DNA of 64,000 nt from Candidatus Peregrinibacteria bacterium. Lineage in GTDB: Bacteria > Patescibacteriota > Gracilibacteria > Peribacterales > Peribacteraceae. The position numbers and the translations under genes are program-made. The DNA lies in contig JABGQH010000009.1 of assembly GCA_018648865.1 (NCBI GenBank), positions 12,917-76,916 of the forward strand. The letters are read 5' to 3'. Positions 1 to 11,039 of the stretch are shown here, piece after piece. The notes below the pieces were generated by a model. It searched no databases and was not told where the DNA came from. It saw only the letters and a list, made by a program, of their open reading frames with translations. Numbering within the stretch: the stretch's first letter is position 1; each line of letters begins with the position of its first letter.

Positions 1-237
1 AAGTGCGTAAAAGAATACGGATATAAGTAGTGCTATTAATATATATCTAGGTGCATCAGAAATATTCCATCCTTTAATATAAAAGGGGATTAAGGGTAAT
101 AGTAATAATGTACAAATACTTCCCCATACAACACTGAATGCGCGCGCGTTATTTGAGTTAATGGAATAAACACGACCAAGTACGTTATAGGTTGTATAGC
201 AAATTGCAGACAGAGATGCTAATACAATTGATTCCAT
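1..237 (-). CDS. EamA/DMT-family membrane transporter, N-terminal part (runs off window)
   Basis: Manual translation from ATG 237: MESIVLASLSAICYTTYNVLGRVYSINSNNARAFSVVWGSICTLLLLP...; open to position 1; hydrophobic helices; abuts the stop of the upstream gene. Confidence 0.55.
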   Translation of the reverse strand, partial: MESIVLASLSAICYTTYNVLGRVYSINSNNARAFSVVWGSICTLLLLPLIPFYIKGWNISDAPRYILIALLISVFFYAL

Positions 238-2124
238 TTATTCAATTGGGCGAAGTTGCCTAAGAGCTGATTTAGCTATCGCATTACTAGGATTGTAATA
301 TAGAACTGCTTCAAATTGATTAATTGCTTCATCTAACATTCCACGTTCGTGATACAAAATTGCTAGATTAATCCTAGCTGCTAAGAATGAAGGCTTTAAA
401 GCTACTGAGATTTCATATGACTCCATTGCAGCTTTTGATCCTCTTATCTTCCTCTGTACAACTGCTAGGTTGTAATAGGCTTCTGAGGAGAATGGAAGTA
501 TATGAATCGCTTTCTCTAAATGGATAATTGCCTCCTCTGGTTTATCTAGTTTATTTAGTAATGAGCCAAAATTAATGTGAACTTCTGCATATGTTGGATC
601 TAGTTCTAATGCACGAGTGTAGGATGCAATTGCTTCTGTATATTTACTTTGTGTGGCTTGCAGAATCCCAAGTCCAAAGTGAGCTTCTTTACTATCTGGA
701 TTAATAGCAAGCACATGATCGTATTCCTTTTGAGCCAAGTCATATCTTTTTAGTATTCTATAAACAGCTCCTAGGTTACTACGGGTTCTGTGATGATCCT
801 TGATAGCTAGAGCAGTATTAAATGATTCAATAGCTGGGATTAATTCTTTTTTCCTTCGGTAAATATTACCCATGTTGTTATGTGCTATATGAGAGTTTGG
901 ATAAAGCTTAATTGAATGGGTAAACAAGGATTCTGTACTGCTCCAAACATTTGCTTGGATATGAGACATTATTCCAAAGCATGAGATTATCACCAACAAT
1001 AAAATTGTTACTATCCTTTTTCTTATTATATTAATTTCAAAGGATTGTAGCAGTAGAGCAACAAGTAAAAATATTCCTATAGAAGGAAGATATGCGTATC
1101 TGTCTGATGCAAAATAAATATCACCACCTTTCATGAAGGTTATATATGTTGGTAGCAAGGCTAAGAAGAAAATAGATAGAGCAAAACCAGAAATCTTCTT
1201 TTTGTATGAAAGATAATCAGTCAAAGCTCCAAGCATTGCTGCTAGTCCAAGAGTTATTAAAAGAGAAAGTGAAGCAAAAGTAATTGGATCTGTATATGGA
1301 TATAAAACACTAAGGTTTGTTGGTAAGAATAACTTTTGAATATAAAAGATTGTGCTCTTGCCTGCAATTAGTATAAACTGAGAGAATGTGGCTTGCGTTA
1401 GGGCTCCCTGCTTTCCCAGCAACGCAACTAAAATAAATATAATTGCAAAAACAAAGTAGGGGATTAATCTCTTTGCAGATTTTTTAGAGAGACCTAAGCG
1501 TTGCCATTCAAGCATAAATAAAATACCAGGCAAAACTGCTACAACCACCTTAGAGAGTAGTGCAAAAACAAAAGCTATCAAGCTCAGCCAAAACCAAATG
1601 TTTATATTCTTCTTTCTAAATACAAGATACCAATTTAGAGACATCAAACAGAAAAACACACTTAGAACATCTTTTCTAGCACTTGCCCAAACAACTGCCT
1701 CTGTATGCAATGGATGCAATGCAAATATCAATCCAAATAATATTGCCAGTCTATTCTTAATCCCCATTTGTACAAAGAACCAGCTAACAAGTAGAGCGTT
1801 ACTAGTATGAAGTATTAGATTGGTTAAGTGATATATAGAAGGATTGGTTTCTCCGATTAGAAAATTGAGTTGGTAACTAAAGAAGGTAAATGGAATATAT
1901 AGCTCTGGGTCAAATTTAGTAAATATTGCTTTTAGTGTATTTGGAGTAATTGCACGGATCGCTGGATTCTCAAAAATAAGTAATCCATCATCCCATCTTA
2001 CAAATGGATTCCAAAGTGATTTGAAATAGACCAAAAAAGTAATAAAAAAGAATAGTGAGACAATTCCCCAAAGTGCTGCAGAGCGTACAGATAAATTGCC
2101 AGTATCTGAAATTTCATTGTTCAT
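238..2124 (-). CDS. TMTC-like GT-C glycosyltransferase-type membrane protein with C-terminal TPR repeats
   Basis: WDD motif, FALHPLHTEAVVW, ALLSK, DRYAYLPS, followed by multiple TPRs. Confidence 0.85.
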   Translation of the reverse strand: MNNEISDTGNLSVRSAALWGIVSLFFFITFLVYFKSLWNPFVRWDDGLLIFENPAIRAITPNTLKAIFTKFDPELYIPFTFFSYQLNFLIGETNPSIYHLTNLILHTSNALLVSWFFVQMGIKNRLAILFGLIFALHPLHTEAVVWASARKDVLSVFFCLMSLNWYLVFRKKNINIWFWLSLIAFVFALLSKVVVAVLPGILFMLEWQRLGLSKKSAKRLIPYFVFAIIFILVALLGKQGALTQATFSQFILIAGKSTIFYIQKLFLPTNLSVLYPYTDPITFASLSLLITLGLAAMLGALTDYLSYKKKISGFALSIFFLALLPTYITFMKGGDIYFASDRYAYLPSIGIFLLVALLLQSFEINIIRKRIVTILLLVIISCFGIMSHIQANVWSSTESLFTHSIKLYPNSHIAHNNMGNIYRRKKELIPAIESFNTALAIKDHHRTRSNLGAVYRILKRYDLAQKEYDHVLAINPDSKEAHFGLGILQATQSKYTEAIASYTRALELDPTYAEVHINFGSLLNKLDKPEEAIIHLEKAIHILPFSSEAYYNLAVVQRKIRGSKAAMESYEISVALKPSFLAARINLAILYHERGMLDEAINQFEAVLYYNPSNAIAKSALRQLRPIE

Positions 2125-2129
2125 AAGAT

Positions 2130-2876
2130 TTAGATTGCTACTTCTACAATTCCTTTTAGTAGAACTCCTACTGCGTATGCAATTATTGCTCCTATTATTC
2201 CTACTCCTAGAATTTCTATTGGGCCTCTAACTAATCTCTCCTTTGTAATTATACTTCTAGTCAGTCCCAGAATAATCAAGGCGATACATGTAGAGATTAT
2301 TGCTACAACGAAGCGAGAATTATTAGGTATAGAGATTATATAAGGAAACAGAGGTATGCTTCCAAAAATAACAAATGAAATAAATGTCATAAATGCATGC
2401 ATTATGGGATTAGATGCATTTTCTTGAATCATTTCATGCTCTGAGTGCATCATGGTGTCTAGCCATAGCTCACGATTACTTGTAACTATATTTAAAAGAA
2501 GATTTAAGTTTTCTCCGGATATTCCTTTGGATTCATAAAACTCTTTTACTTCTTCTCTTTCTATCTCTGGATGCTTATCTATTTCTTCATTTTCTTCTCT
2601 TCTTAGCCTTTTAAATCTATCTAGGGTAGACCGCAAGGATAGGTAGGCTCCTGTTGCCATAGAGGCTCCGTCTGCAAACAAATTAGCTAGTCCTAGTATA
2701 ATTATTACGTATCTAGGCAAATTGGCACCTGTGGTGCCTGCAACAACTGCGAATGTTGTTACTATTCCATCGTTACCTCCATAAACAATATCATGTATAA
2801 ACTTTCCAACAGCTGGACCATGGTGTTCGCTTTGCCTGTGTTCAAGAAGCTTCTTTTTAATGTCTTTACTATTCAT
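2130..2876 (-). CDS. VIT1/CCC1 iron/manganese transporter family protein
   Basis: [19 protein letters not shown] and [19 protein letters not shown] signature motifs. Confidence 0.9.
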   Translation of the reverse strand: MNSKDIKKKLLEHRQSEHHGPAVGKFIHDIVYGGNDGIVTTFAVVAGTTGANLPRYVIIILGLANLFADGASMATGAYLSLRSTLDRFKRLRREENEEIDKHPEIEREEVKEFYESKGISGENLNLLLNIVTSNRELWLDTMMHSEHEMIQENASNPIMHAFMTFISFVIFGSIPLFPYIISIPNNSRFVVAIISTCIALIILGLTRSIITKERLVRGPIEILGVGIIGAIIAYAVGVLLKGIVEVAI

Positions 2877-2948
2877 ACAAAAAATAGGTAAGTAAAATTT
2901 ACAATCAGAATTATACTCGATCTTTATTTATTATTACACAATCCTTTT

Positions 2949-3941
2949 CTATTTCTTAATAACTACACTACCTCGTGTATGCTTCATAAGTAAATATAAA
3001 GACAGAATGCTAACCAAAATTGCTGTCCAAGTGCCAATGCCAGTATTTGGTTGCTGGAATGGTTTTTGAACATTTGCTCCCAAGTATGCACCAGGGTTAT
3101 CTTGATACTGAGTTGGAACTGGATTCTGTCCACCTCCCATTGCATAAGGATTCTGTGGAACCCCAGGGATTGGAGCTGTATTTTGTGGGATTACTGCTGT
3201 ATTTGGATTATTTGTGTTTGCAGATGTTTGTCTATCTAACTCAAGTTGTCTTTCAATGGATTCTAGTAACGGATTCTTTGATGCACTAGATGAAGAATTT
3301 GAACTAGATGAAGAATCTGAACTATCTTGTTCAGCATCAAATAGATCGAATACTGGATCATTGCTAGGCTCAGCAGAAAATGTTGGTTCCGCAGACGAAG
3401 AAGATGAACTAGAGCTAACTGTTGGCTCAGTTCCAGTGAGAGGAGGATTACCTCCTGTTATAGATATTGTTCCAATAAGGGTTGAATCGGTAGGAGAGAA
3501 ATATGTATGAGATCCAGATGTAGCAGTTACAGGAATAGTGTAAGAAGTTTCTGCTCCAGCGAATACTGTAGAAGTAGTCATACATTCCTCTGAAGAGGAG
3601 CAAAGTGTGTTAGAAACAAGGTAATGTGGAATATCTTGCTGGTTAATCCATGTAATTGTGTCTCCTGGTTGAGCTGTAATAACAGATGGTTCTAGGCTTG
3701 TTTCAGTAATAACTACAATAATTGAGGAATCTGTTAATTGACCAATAGTTTGTTCTGGTGACTTCAGAAGAAATGAACTAATTGCTACTACAATTAATAT
3801 TCCTGCAATTGCAGCTGGCTTACGAGATAGTGATTTAAATTTATTTAGATCAACATCTGAATCTGGGCTAGAGGAAACAATTTTTATAGGAACTGATTCT
3901 TCATTGTCAGTTATCTGCCAATCGTGATCATTATTAGACAT
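2949..3941 (-). CDS. Surface protein with cupredoxin-like fold, Ser-rich linkers and a C-terminal QPNTG-TM-basic sorting signal
   Basis: PSVITAQPGDTITWINQQDIPH is cupredoxin-like but lacks the C-terminal Cys/His/Met ligands; C-terminus QPNTG + hydrophobic helix + KH/KK. Confidence 0.6.
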   Translation of the reverse strand: MSNNDHDWQITDNEESVPIKIVSSSPDSDVDLNKFKSLSRKPAAIAGILIVVAISSFLLKSPEQTIGQLTDSSIIVVITETSLEPSVITAQPGDTITWINQQDIPHYLVSNTLCSSSEECMTTSTVFAGAETSYTIPVTATSGSHTYFSPTDSTLIGTISITGGNPPLTGTEPTVSSSSSSSSAEPTFSAEPSNDPVFDLFDAEQDSSDSSSSSNSSSSASKNPLLESIERQLELDRQTSANTNNPNTAVIPQNTAPIPGVPQNPYAMGGGQNPVPTQYQDNPGAYLGANVQKPFQQPNTGIGTWTAILVSILSLYLLMKHTRGSVVIKK

Positions 3942-3943
3942 GT

Positions 3944-5317
3944 TTATTTTTTGCAGGTGGCGTAAGCAGATTGTCTACGGAGTGCTACAACTGTTCCTAT
4001 AATTGCAGAAAGAAATACAAATAAAGCAATTTTTGATGGTAGGCCTGTTTCTCCAGGCACATTATATTCATTCTGAAGTGGATTAACTCCGTTAGGACCA
4101 GGATTAGTAATAAGTTGCGCTGTAGATGTATTTGAATCTCCTATAGTTACAGAAGCCTCTTGGCTGAATGCACTTTCTTCATCATCGTCACTAACAGCAC
4201 GTACTGCTACGAAATATGTAGTGTTTATAGGTAGTGATCTAATAATTAAGCTATCCATTGATCCATTAACTGTTTTTCTCTGTATATATCTACCAGAGGT
4301 CGTTCCGTAATAAATATTATAAGCTTTTACACTTGAATGATTAATTGAGTCCCATCCTATATAAAGTGAAGAGCCTTCTGTAGTTATGCGAATGTTTCTA
4401 ACTTGAAGTAGGGAGAATGGTGTTCTTTGATTTGAGTTATCTTCCTCTGATCCCTCATTTTCTTCTTCCTGCTGGTTATTATCATTCTCTTCATTTGATT
4501 CTTCTTCCTGCTGCTCTTCATTATTATCTCCATCTAGCTCTTCTCCATCTTCTTCAAATAGTGCGTCTACATCATTGTCCCCTTCTACATCATCATTGTT
4601 TTCACTTTCTTCGTTATCTTCCTCTGTTGTTCCACCTTCATCTTCTTCATCTAAATCATTGTTAGAAAACACAACATGCAGGCTGCCCAAGGGGTCAGAA
4701 AGAATATACGTTTCTACTTCATTAATATTAGAACTAATTGAAGTGTGCCCCCCATCCTGAGGATCATAAAAGCTAATTGGGGTACCAGCAGACGATGTCT
4801 CTTTTACAAGAAACCTAACACGAGCAACTTTTATTGTGTCATCCTCATTAGAGTTCTCTGTATCGTTTCTAGCTTCTATCATTACATATCCATTTTCTGT
4901 ATCAAAGTCAGATTCTCCTGGCGTAACTGCAGGGAATGAATCAGAAACATTTATGTTAATCCCCTCAAGTATTACAGGGTCATATGAAAGCCAGACACGT
5001 ACAGAATCAACTGATTGTAAATTTGGATTAGAGATAGAAATATCAAAATCTAATTCATCACCAACTTCTAACATGTCAGTCTTTATTGTTTCTGGATCTT
5101 CTACAACAAAATTTGGACATCCATCTTCTCCCATTTCATATTCATCATTAAATGGAACGGATCCTCCTATATGTTCTATCCCAAATATATCTGAATTACA
5201 GTGTGGCCTAAGTGTTAATGAAACATCTTGTCCTGCTGCAATTCCTACTATAGGTACAAGCATAAATATTGTAAGTAGTACCAAGGTGCGCCATTGATTG
5301 TATTTGTTTACAGTCAT
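3944..5317 (-). CDS. Secreted cohesin-like + acidic linker + fibronectin type III protein with PGETG-TM-basic tail
   Basis: Signal peptide; cohesin-like VDSVRVWLSYDPVILE; D/E/N linker; FN3 (IGWD...YNIYYG...LPINTTYFVAVRAV); VPGETG + TM + RR. Confidence 0.7.
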   Translation of the reverse strand: MTVNKYNQWRTLVLLTIFMLVPIVGIAAGQDVSLTLRPHCNSDIFGIEHIGGSVPFNDEYEMGEDGCPNFVVEDPETIKTDMLEVGDELDFDISISNPNLQSVDSVRVWLSYDPVILEGININVSDSFPAVTPGESDFDTENGYVMIEARNDTENSNEDDTIKVARVRFLVKETSSAGTPISFYDPQDGGHTSISSNINEVETYILSDPLGSLHVVFSNNDLDEEDEGGTTEEDNEESENNDDVEGDNDVDALFEEDGEELDGDNNEEQQEEESNEENDNNQQEEENEGSEEDNSNQRTPFSLLQVRNIRITTEGSSLYIGWDSINHSSVKAYNIYYGTTSGRYIQRKTVNGSMDSLIIRSLPINTTYFVAVRAVSDDDEESAFSQEASVTIGDSNTSTAQLITNPGPNGVNPLQNEYNVPGETGLPSKIALFVFLSAIIGTVVALRRQSAYATCKK

Positions 5318-5332
5318 TTGTATTAATAATAT

Positions 5333-5662
5333 TTATTCTTGTGACAATCCAGATAAGACGCGTATAGCATCATCTATGGTTAGGTTGCCGTCTCCATTTG
5401 GGTCTGCCATTATCTGAGAAGGCGTTGGGCGTGTATAGCCTTGAGCTATCTCTAGAATAATGAGAGCATCCTGAACGGATATGCTTCCATCTTCATTCAT
5501 ATCTCCAGAGAGCTGAATACTTCCTGCTCTGATAAGAGATACTGGTTGAACATCACCAGTGGTTTGTACACCAATAGCGAACGAGCTGATTACAGCTACA
5601 AGGCCGAGAGCGAATATCTGGATATTTCGCTTATGCAGTGGGGATTGTTTTTGTGTATTCAT
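5333..5662 (-). CDS. Dockerin type I repeat-containing small secreted/membrane protein
   Basis: Two Ca-binding loops GDMNEDGSISVQDAL and ADPNGDGNLTIDDAI after an N-terminal hydrophobic helix. Confidence 0.85.
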   Translation of the reverse strand: MNTQKQSPLHKRNIQIFALGLVAVISSFAIGVQTTGDVQPVSLIRAGSIQLSGDMNEDGSISVQDALIILEIAQGYTRPTPSQIMADPNGDGNLTIDDAIRVLSGLSQE

Positions 5663-5776
5663 CTACTTATTATAAAAGAAAAGTCGAATTTACTCAATCT
5701 AGGGGCATTGACTAATGCCTAATAATATTTTCTATTTGTTCTGCATCAAAGCTCTCTAAAGAGGTATACTTTTGGA

Positions 5777-6748
5777 GTGAGTGATCTAATAGTATTAATC
5801 GGTCCTAATAAATACGCTTTGCGTAAAGAAAAACAACGTTGGACCAATGGCTTTAAGAAACGCCAAGGTGAAGAGAATCTAGCTGAATACTTTGCCAAAA
5901 AGGTATCTTTCTTGAATCTACAAAACGAAGGACAAGTTGCACCATTTATAGCTGATAAAAGATTAATTGTTGTTTATGGCGTACCTAATGGAAAAAAAGA
6001 GGATATCCAAAAAATAATTGATGTAAAACATCCAGATACCATATTTCTATTTGTAATAGAAGAAGAGGCGGGAAAGAAGAGAAAGCTTACTATTCCTGGC
6101 AAAGAATTGGTTGCGAAGGGTCAGGTTCAGGAATTCCCAATGCTTAATACTAATCTAATCAAACAATGGATTATTGATGAGGCTAAAAATTCTGGTGCCC
6201 TAGGAATAGACCAAGATGCTATTAATTATTTGATTGATACCATTGGTGAAGATCAGAATATTTTAGAATCAGAAATATCAAAGATCGCTACATATGCATT
6301 TGGAAAAACAATTACAAAGGATGATGTTTCTTTGTTGGTTGCAAGTATTACAGAAAGGGATGTATGGAAGCTAATGGACTTTCTTGGATCTGAAGATGTT
6401 AATAGCGCACTTAACTATGTTCATGAATTACTGGATAGGGGATACAGCCCTCAAGCTCTGTGGAGCATGTATCTATGGATGATTTCCCTTATTCCTCAAA
6501 TAGTAGCTGTAATAGAGGAAGGAGAGAGCAATCCATGGAAGATAGCGGGGTCGGTACGGGCTAATCCATATAGCGTTAAGGCGATTCTTCCATTTGCTAA
6601 ATCTGTAAGCAGAGAGAAGCTTTCTCGCATTGTAAAAACGGCAATAGATTTTGATATTAAGATGAAAACAGGTGAATATAAATCGCCAACTAACGATCAA
6701 GAAGAGTTACTATCTTTAATAGATAGGTCTATTATGACTTTTTCATAA
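5777..6748 (+). CDS. holA: DNA polymerase III delta subunit
   Basis: APFIADKRLIVV, DAINYLIDTIGED...LESEISKI, DIKMKTG; 323 aa. Confidence 0.85.
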   Translation: MSDLIVLIGPNKYALRKEKQRWTNGFKKRQGEENLAEYFAKKVSFLNLQNEGQVAPFIADKRLIVVYGVPNGKKEDIQKIIDVKHPDTIFLFVIEEEAGKKRKLTIPGKELVAKGQVQEFPMLNTNLIKQWIIDEAKNSGALGIDQDAINYLIDTIGEDQNILESEISKIATYAFGKTITKDDVSLLVASITERDVWKLMDFLGSEDVNSALNYVHELLDRGYSPQALWSMYLWMISLIPQIVAVIEEGESNPWKIAGSVRANPYSVKAILPFAKSVSREKLSRIVKTAIDFDIKMKTGEYKSPTNDQEELLSLIDRSIMTFS

Positions 6749-6751
6749 GTA

Positions 6752-7129
6752 TTATAGGTTCTCTATTTTATCTAAAACATTTTCAAGAGATTGGCTGTTT
6801 TGCACGTCTTCCTTTGCCTCTGCATCTCGTCGTTTCTTTTTCATAACCTTTCTATCACTTTGAGTTTTTTGAACTAGCTCTTCATTATTTATTTTCTTTA
6901 TCTTCCCTGCATATTTCTTATCTATTGCATTTAGTTGGTCTCTTTCATTTTCAAGTATTTCTATTAAATTCTTCAATTGATCAGGTGTCATTACTGGAAG
7001 GATATTAATCCAATACTGACGCTCTTCGTCATTCATGCTTTGGCTATCCTTAATTAAGGATAAAATCTTTTCAAACTTATCATTTGTTCCTGCAGGGATA
7101 ACTAGCCGGCTTGAGTCAGAATCTGACAT
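6752..7129 (-). CDS. Hypothetical protein (helical, coiled coil)
   Basis: 125-aa ORF; extended -10 TGTTATTCT lies 6 nt before the ATG. Confidence 0.75.
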   Translation of the reverse strand: MSDSDSSRLVIPAGTNDKFEKILSLIKDSQSMNDEERQYWINILPVMTPDQLKNLIEILENERDQLNAIDKKYAGKIKKINNEELVQKTQSDRKVMKKKRRDAEAKEDVQNSQSLENVLDKIENL

Positions 7130-7182
7130 ATTGATAGAATAACAGGAAAACAGTTCCGATTCATATATTTAAAGTTTCAAAC

Positions 7183-7698
7183 TTATGAAACTTTATTAAT
7201 TTCATACTTAACAATCCCTCCTGGAGTTTCGATAGTAACAATTTCTCCTTTTCTTCTACTTATTAGAGATCTTCCTATAGGTGATTCATTACTAATTTTT
7301 CTATTGGTAGGATTTGCTTCTGTCGATCCTACGATTGTAAAGCTTTCTGGATCTGTACCAGCAGTTTTATTAGTAATATTAACAGTTGACCCAATTTCTA
7401 CGGATTTACCTTTTTCTTTCTTATCAGTAATTATTTTGGCGTTCTTTATCTTATTCTCTAATTCTAGAATTCTTCCTTCTACGAATGCTTGTTCGTTTTT
7501 TGCTTCTTCGTATTCAGAATTCTCAGATAGATCACCATAAGAGATTGCTTCTTTTAGTCTTGCTGCAACTTCTTGCCTGCGAACCTTCTTTAGATTATCT
7601 AATTCTATTTTAAGGTTCTTTAGCCCTTCTTTGGTTACGAAGGTTTGATCGTCGTTATAATTGTCAGATTCGTCTTCAGATGTGAAATCGTCATCCAT
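7183..7698 (-). CDS. greA: Transcription elongation factor GreA (probable start ATG 7698)
   Basis: GDLSENSEYEEAK and ISNESPIGRSL motifs. Confidence 0.95.
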   Translation of the reverse strand: MDDDFTSEDESDNYNDDQTFVTKEGLKNLKIELDNLKKVRRQEVAARLKEAISYGDLSENSEYEEAKNEQAFVEGRILELENKIKNAKIITDKKEKGKSVEIGSTVNITNKTAGTDPESFTIVGSTEANPTNRKISNESPIGRSLISRRKGEIVTIETPGGIVKYEINKVS

Positions 7699-7775
7699 GT
7701 AAGTTGTGCGGGAAATCGCGAAAACGTTAAGGGATTTTGCTTTACTAAGCAAGAAAACTGGCTGGAAAGTAGTAG

Positions 7776-10700
7776 CTAATCTTGTAATAGGTCAGGCCAC
7801 CTAAGTAAAGGAAGCGACTCTATATCCTCTTGATACAAGGCTTCTATGATTCTTTTAGCTAGTTGTACGTTGGTTATTAATGGAATACCTTGATCTGTGG
7901 CTATCCTTCTAATGAAATATCCATCAGTTTGCTCATTGCCAGAGCTATGTGTAGGGATATTAATAACTAAATCAATTCTTCGTTTCTCTAGGTATTCTTT
8001 TATGTTAGGGCTTCTTGGCTCAGATATTTTATTAAGCATTGCAGAAGTAACTCCACGAGATTCCAAGAAATTATGGGTATTCTTAGTCGCAAAGAAGGAA
8101 AATCCTTTCTCTTTTAGCATTTGGATAGAAGGTAGCATGTCAACTTTGTCTTCTAGGCTACCTATAGTTAATAGAATGTTTTTCTTTGGTGTTTTAAATC
8201 CTACTGCGATAAGTGCTTTTAGTAATGCTTGTTCTGCATTGTGTCCAAAACAGGCTACTTCTCCTGTGCTTGCCATTTCTATTCCTAGTCTTGGATCTGC
8301 TCCTTTTAATCTACTAAAGCTAAATTGAGCTGCTTTCACACCAACATGGTCTATATCTATCGTTTGGTACTTTTTACTATAGTCTGCAATTCCTAGTAAT
8401 GCTTGTGTTGCAATTGTAATAAAATTCTCTCCTGTAACCTTACTTGCAAATGGGAAACTACGGCTGGCTCTTAGATTACACTCAATGACTTTAAGTTTGT
8501 TTCTGGCAGCCAAAAATTGAATATTAAATGGACCAGAAATATCTAGTGCTCCTGCAATGTTTCTGGATATCCTTTTTACCATTCGCATTGTTTCTAGATT
8601 TACTCTTTGAGGCGGTAGAACCATTGTTGCATCTCCAGAATGTACTCCAGCATTCTCTACATGTTCAGATATGGCATATATAAGTAATTTTCCATTCTGT
8701 GCTACTCCATCAAACTCAATTTCTTTTGCTCCCTGCTCAAATTTAGAAATTACTATTGGTGATTCTTTATTTATAAAAGATGATTGTCCTATATAGGCTT
8801 CTAAATCTGCCTTGGAATGTACTACAGCCATAGAGGCGCCAGACAATACATAGCTTGGTCTAACAATAACGGGATAACCAACTTGTTCAGAAAATGATAT
8901 AGCAGAGTCAAGTTCACAGAATTCCTCCCACTCAGGTTGATCAACTTCTAGATTATCTAGCATAGAGCTAAATTTATTTCTATCTTCTGCACAATCTATA
9001 TTTTTAGGGTCAGTTCCTAAAATATTGATTCCATGATGCGCAAGTTTTCTAGCTAATGAATTTGGTATTTGACCACCCATAGAAACTACAACACCATCTG
9101 GGTTAACGTAATCAATAATATCTCTAACCCTTTCCTCGCTTAGTTCTTCAAAGAATAAGGTGTCACATTCATCATAGTCTGTACTTACAGTCTCTGGATT
9201 ACTGTTGATCATAGTTACTGAATAGTTTTGTTTTTGTAGCTCATGCACGGTTTGTACACAGCACCAATCAAATTCGACAGAAGATCCTATTGAATAGGGT
9301 CCTCCTCCTAAAACTATTGCAGATTTATTACTATTCGAATTTCCTTCTAGATTAATATCTTGCTTGTATCCGTGATACGTCATATACAAATAATTTGTTT
9401 CTGTAGGGAATTCACCTGCCAATGTGTCAATTTGTTGTATTACAGGAACAATATTATTTTTAATTCTATTTTGTCTAACTTCTTCTGTAGGGGTTTCGGT
9501 TAATTTACCTATGGCTGTATCAGAGAATCCATCTTTCTTTGCACGATTAAGTAATTCAGGAGTGATTTCTTTTGTTTTACTTAAATCATTTGCACATGCT
9601 GCACATTCTGCGATTCTTTCTAGGAACCACATATCCATACCTGTTGCGATAGAAATTTCTTCTGGGGTCCATTCTCCTCTTAGTGCCTCTGCAACTGCAA
9701 AAATTCTTCTTGGGGTTGGTCTCTTTAATTCATTAGTGATATCAGGGAAATTGAACGTAGCAGGAAAGAGGCCCTGAGTTCCTATATTTAACATTCGCAA
9801 TGCTTTGTTCAAAGCTTCTTCAAATGTTTTGCCTAGTGCCATTACTTCTCCAACTGATTTCATTTCACTGGTTACAAGATTAGATACAAATCTAAATTTT
9901 TGTAGATCCCATCTGGGCACTTTGACTGCTACGTAATCTAACGATGGTTCAAAATCTGCACATGTAATTTTTGTAATAGCATTTTGCAATGCAGGCATTG
10001 TGTAACCCAATCCAAGTTTTGCTGCTACAAATGCTAGTGGATACCCTGTCGCCTTAGATGCAAGTGCAGAACTTCTACTTAGTCGAGCATTCACTTCAAT
10101 TACTCGATAGTTCCTGGATTTTGGATCAAGAGCGTATTGAATATTGCATTCTCCTATAATGCCCATATGTCTAATAACTTTTAATGCTGCACTTCGTAGC
10201 ATTTGGTAATCCTCATTATCCAAAGTTTGACTTGGAGCAATTACAATTGATTCTCCTGTATGTATTCCAAGAGGATCAACATTCTCCATATTACAGACAG
10301 TGATACAGTTATCTACCTTGTCTCTAACTACTTCATATTCAATTTCCTTCCATCCAGTTAGATCTTCTTCTACTAGGATTTGTGGAGACTCAACAAATGC
10401 ATTTTTTGCCAATTCTTTTAATTCTTTCTCATTCATTGCTCGTCCACTTCCTTTTCCTCCAAGAGCAAATGCACCTCTGATAATTACGGGATATGTTATT
10501 AGTTCTGCAGCTTTTAAGGATTCTTCTAATGTATTACATGCCCGTGACATAGGCACAGGAATACCAATGGATTGTAGCTCTTTATTAAAGAGTGCTCTGT
10601 CCTCTGTTTTTCTTATGCTTTCTACCGGTGTTCCAAGTACTTTTATATTATATTTTTCAAGTACTCCACTGTCATTCAAGGCAAGACCACAATTTAGAGC

Positions 10701-11039
10701 TGTTTGACCACCAAAACTAAGTGCAATTGTGTCTGGGTTTTCTTTTTCTATAACTCTTTCTACAAATGATGGAATTACAGGCACAAAATAAACAGCATCA
10801 GCTAGGCCCCAACTGGTTTGATTGGTAGCGATGTTAGGATTAATTAATACTACTCTATATCCTTCTTCTTTAAATGCCTTGATTGCTTGGCTTCCTGAGT
10901 AATCGAATTCTCCTGCTTCTCCAATCTTTAATGCTCCTGAACCAAGCAGAAGTATCGTTTGATCCTTATTTTCTTTAGAAAAAACAACTCTGTCATCCTT
11001 ATTAGGATCATCAGAGCCGATTTCATTTATCTCATTCAT
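7776..11039 (-). CDS. carB: Carbamoyl-phosphate synthase large subunit
   Basis: GEAGEFDYSGSQA, two ATP-grasp domains (IEVNARLSRSSALASKATGYP), C-terminal MGS domain. Confidence 0.97.
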   Translation of the reverse strand: MNEINEIGSDDPNKDDRVVFSKENKDQTILLLGSGALKIGEAGEFDYSGSQAIKAFKEEGYRVVLINPNIATNQTSWGLADAVYFVPVIPSFVERVIEKENPDTIALSFGGQTALNCGLALNDSGVLEKYNIKVLGTPVESIRKTEDRALFNKELQSIGIPVPMSRACNTLEESLKAAELITYPVIIRGAFALGGKGSGRAMNEKELKELAKNAFVESPQILVEEDLTGWKEIEYEVVRDKVDNCITVCNMENVDPLGIHTGESIVIAPSQTLDNEDYQMLRSAALKVIRHMGIIGECNIQYALDPKSRNYRVIEVNARLSRSSALASKATGYPLAFVAAKLGLGYTMPALQNAITKITCADFEPSLDYVAVKVPRWDLQKFRFVSNLVTSEMKSVGEVMALGKTFEEALNKALRMLNIGTQGLFPATFNFPDITNELKRPTPRRIFAVAEALRGEWTPEEISIATGMDMWFLERIAECAACANDLSKTKEITPELLNRAKKDGFSDTAIGKLTETPTEEVRQNRIKNNIVPVIQQIDTLAGEFPTETNYLYMTYHGYKQDINLEGNSNSNKSAIVLGGGPYSIGSSVEFDWCCVQTVHELQKQNYSVTMINSNPETVSTDYDECDTLFFEELSEERVRDIIDYVNPDGVVVSMGGQIPNSLARKLAHHGINILGTDPKNIDCAEDRNKFSSMLDNLEVDQPEWEEFCELDSAISFSEQVGYPVIVRPSYVLSGASMAVVHSKADLEAYIGQSSFINKESPIVISKFEQGAKEIEFDGVAQNGKLLIYAISEHVENAGVHSGDATMVLPPQRVNLETMRMVKRISRNIAGALDISGPFNIQFLAARNKLKVIECNLRASRSFPFASKVTGENFITIATQALLGIADYSKKYQTIDIDHVGVKAAQFSFSRLKGADPRLGIEMASTGEVACFGHNAEQALLKALIAVGFKTPKKNILLTIGSLEDKVDMLPSIQMLKEKGFSFFATKNTHNFLESRGVTSAMLNKISEPRSPNIKEYLEKRRIDLVINIPTHSSGNEQTDGYFIRRIATDQGIPLITNVQLAKRIIEALYQEDIESLPLLRWPDLLQD

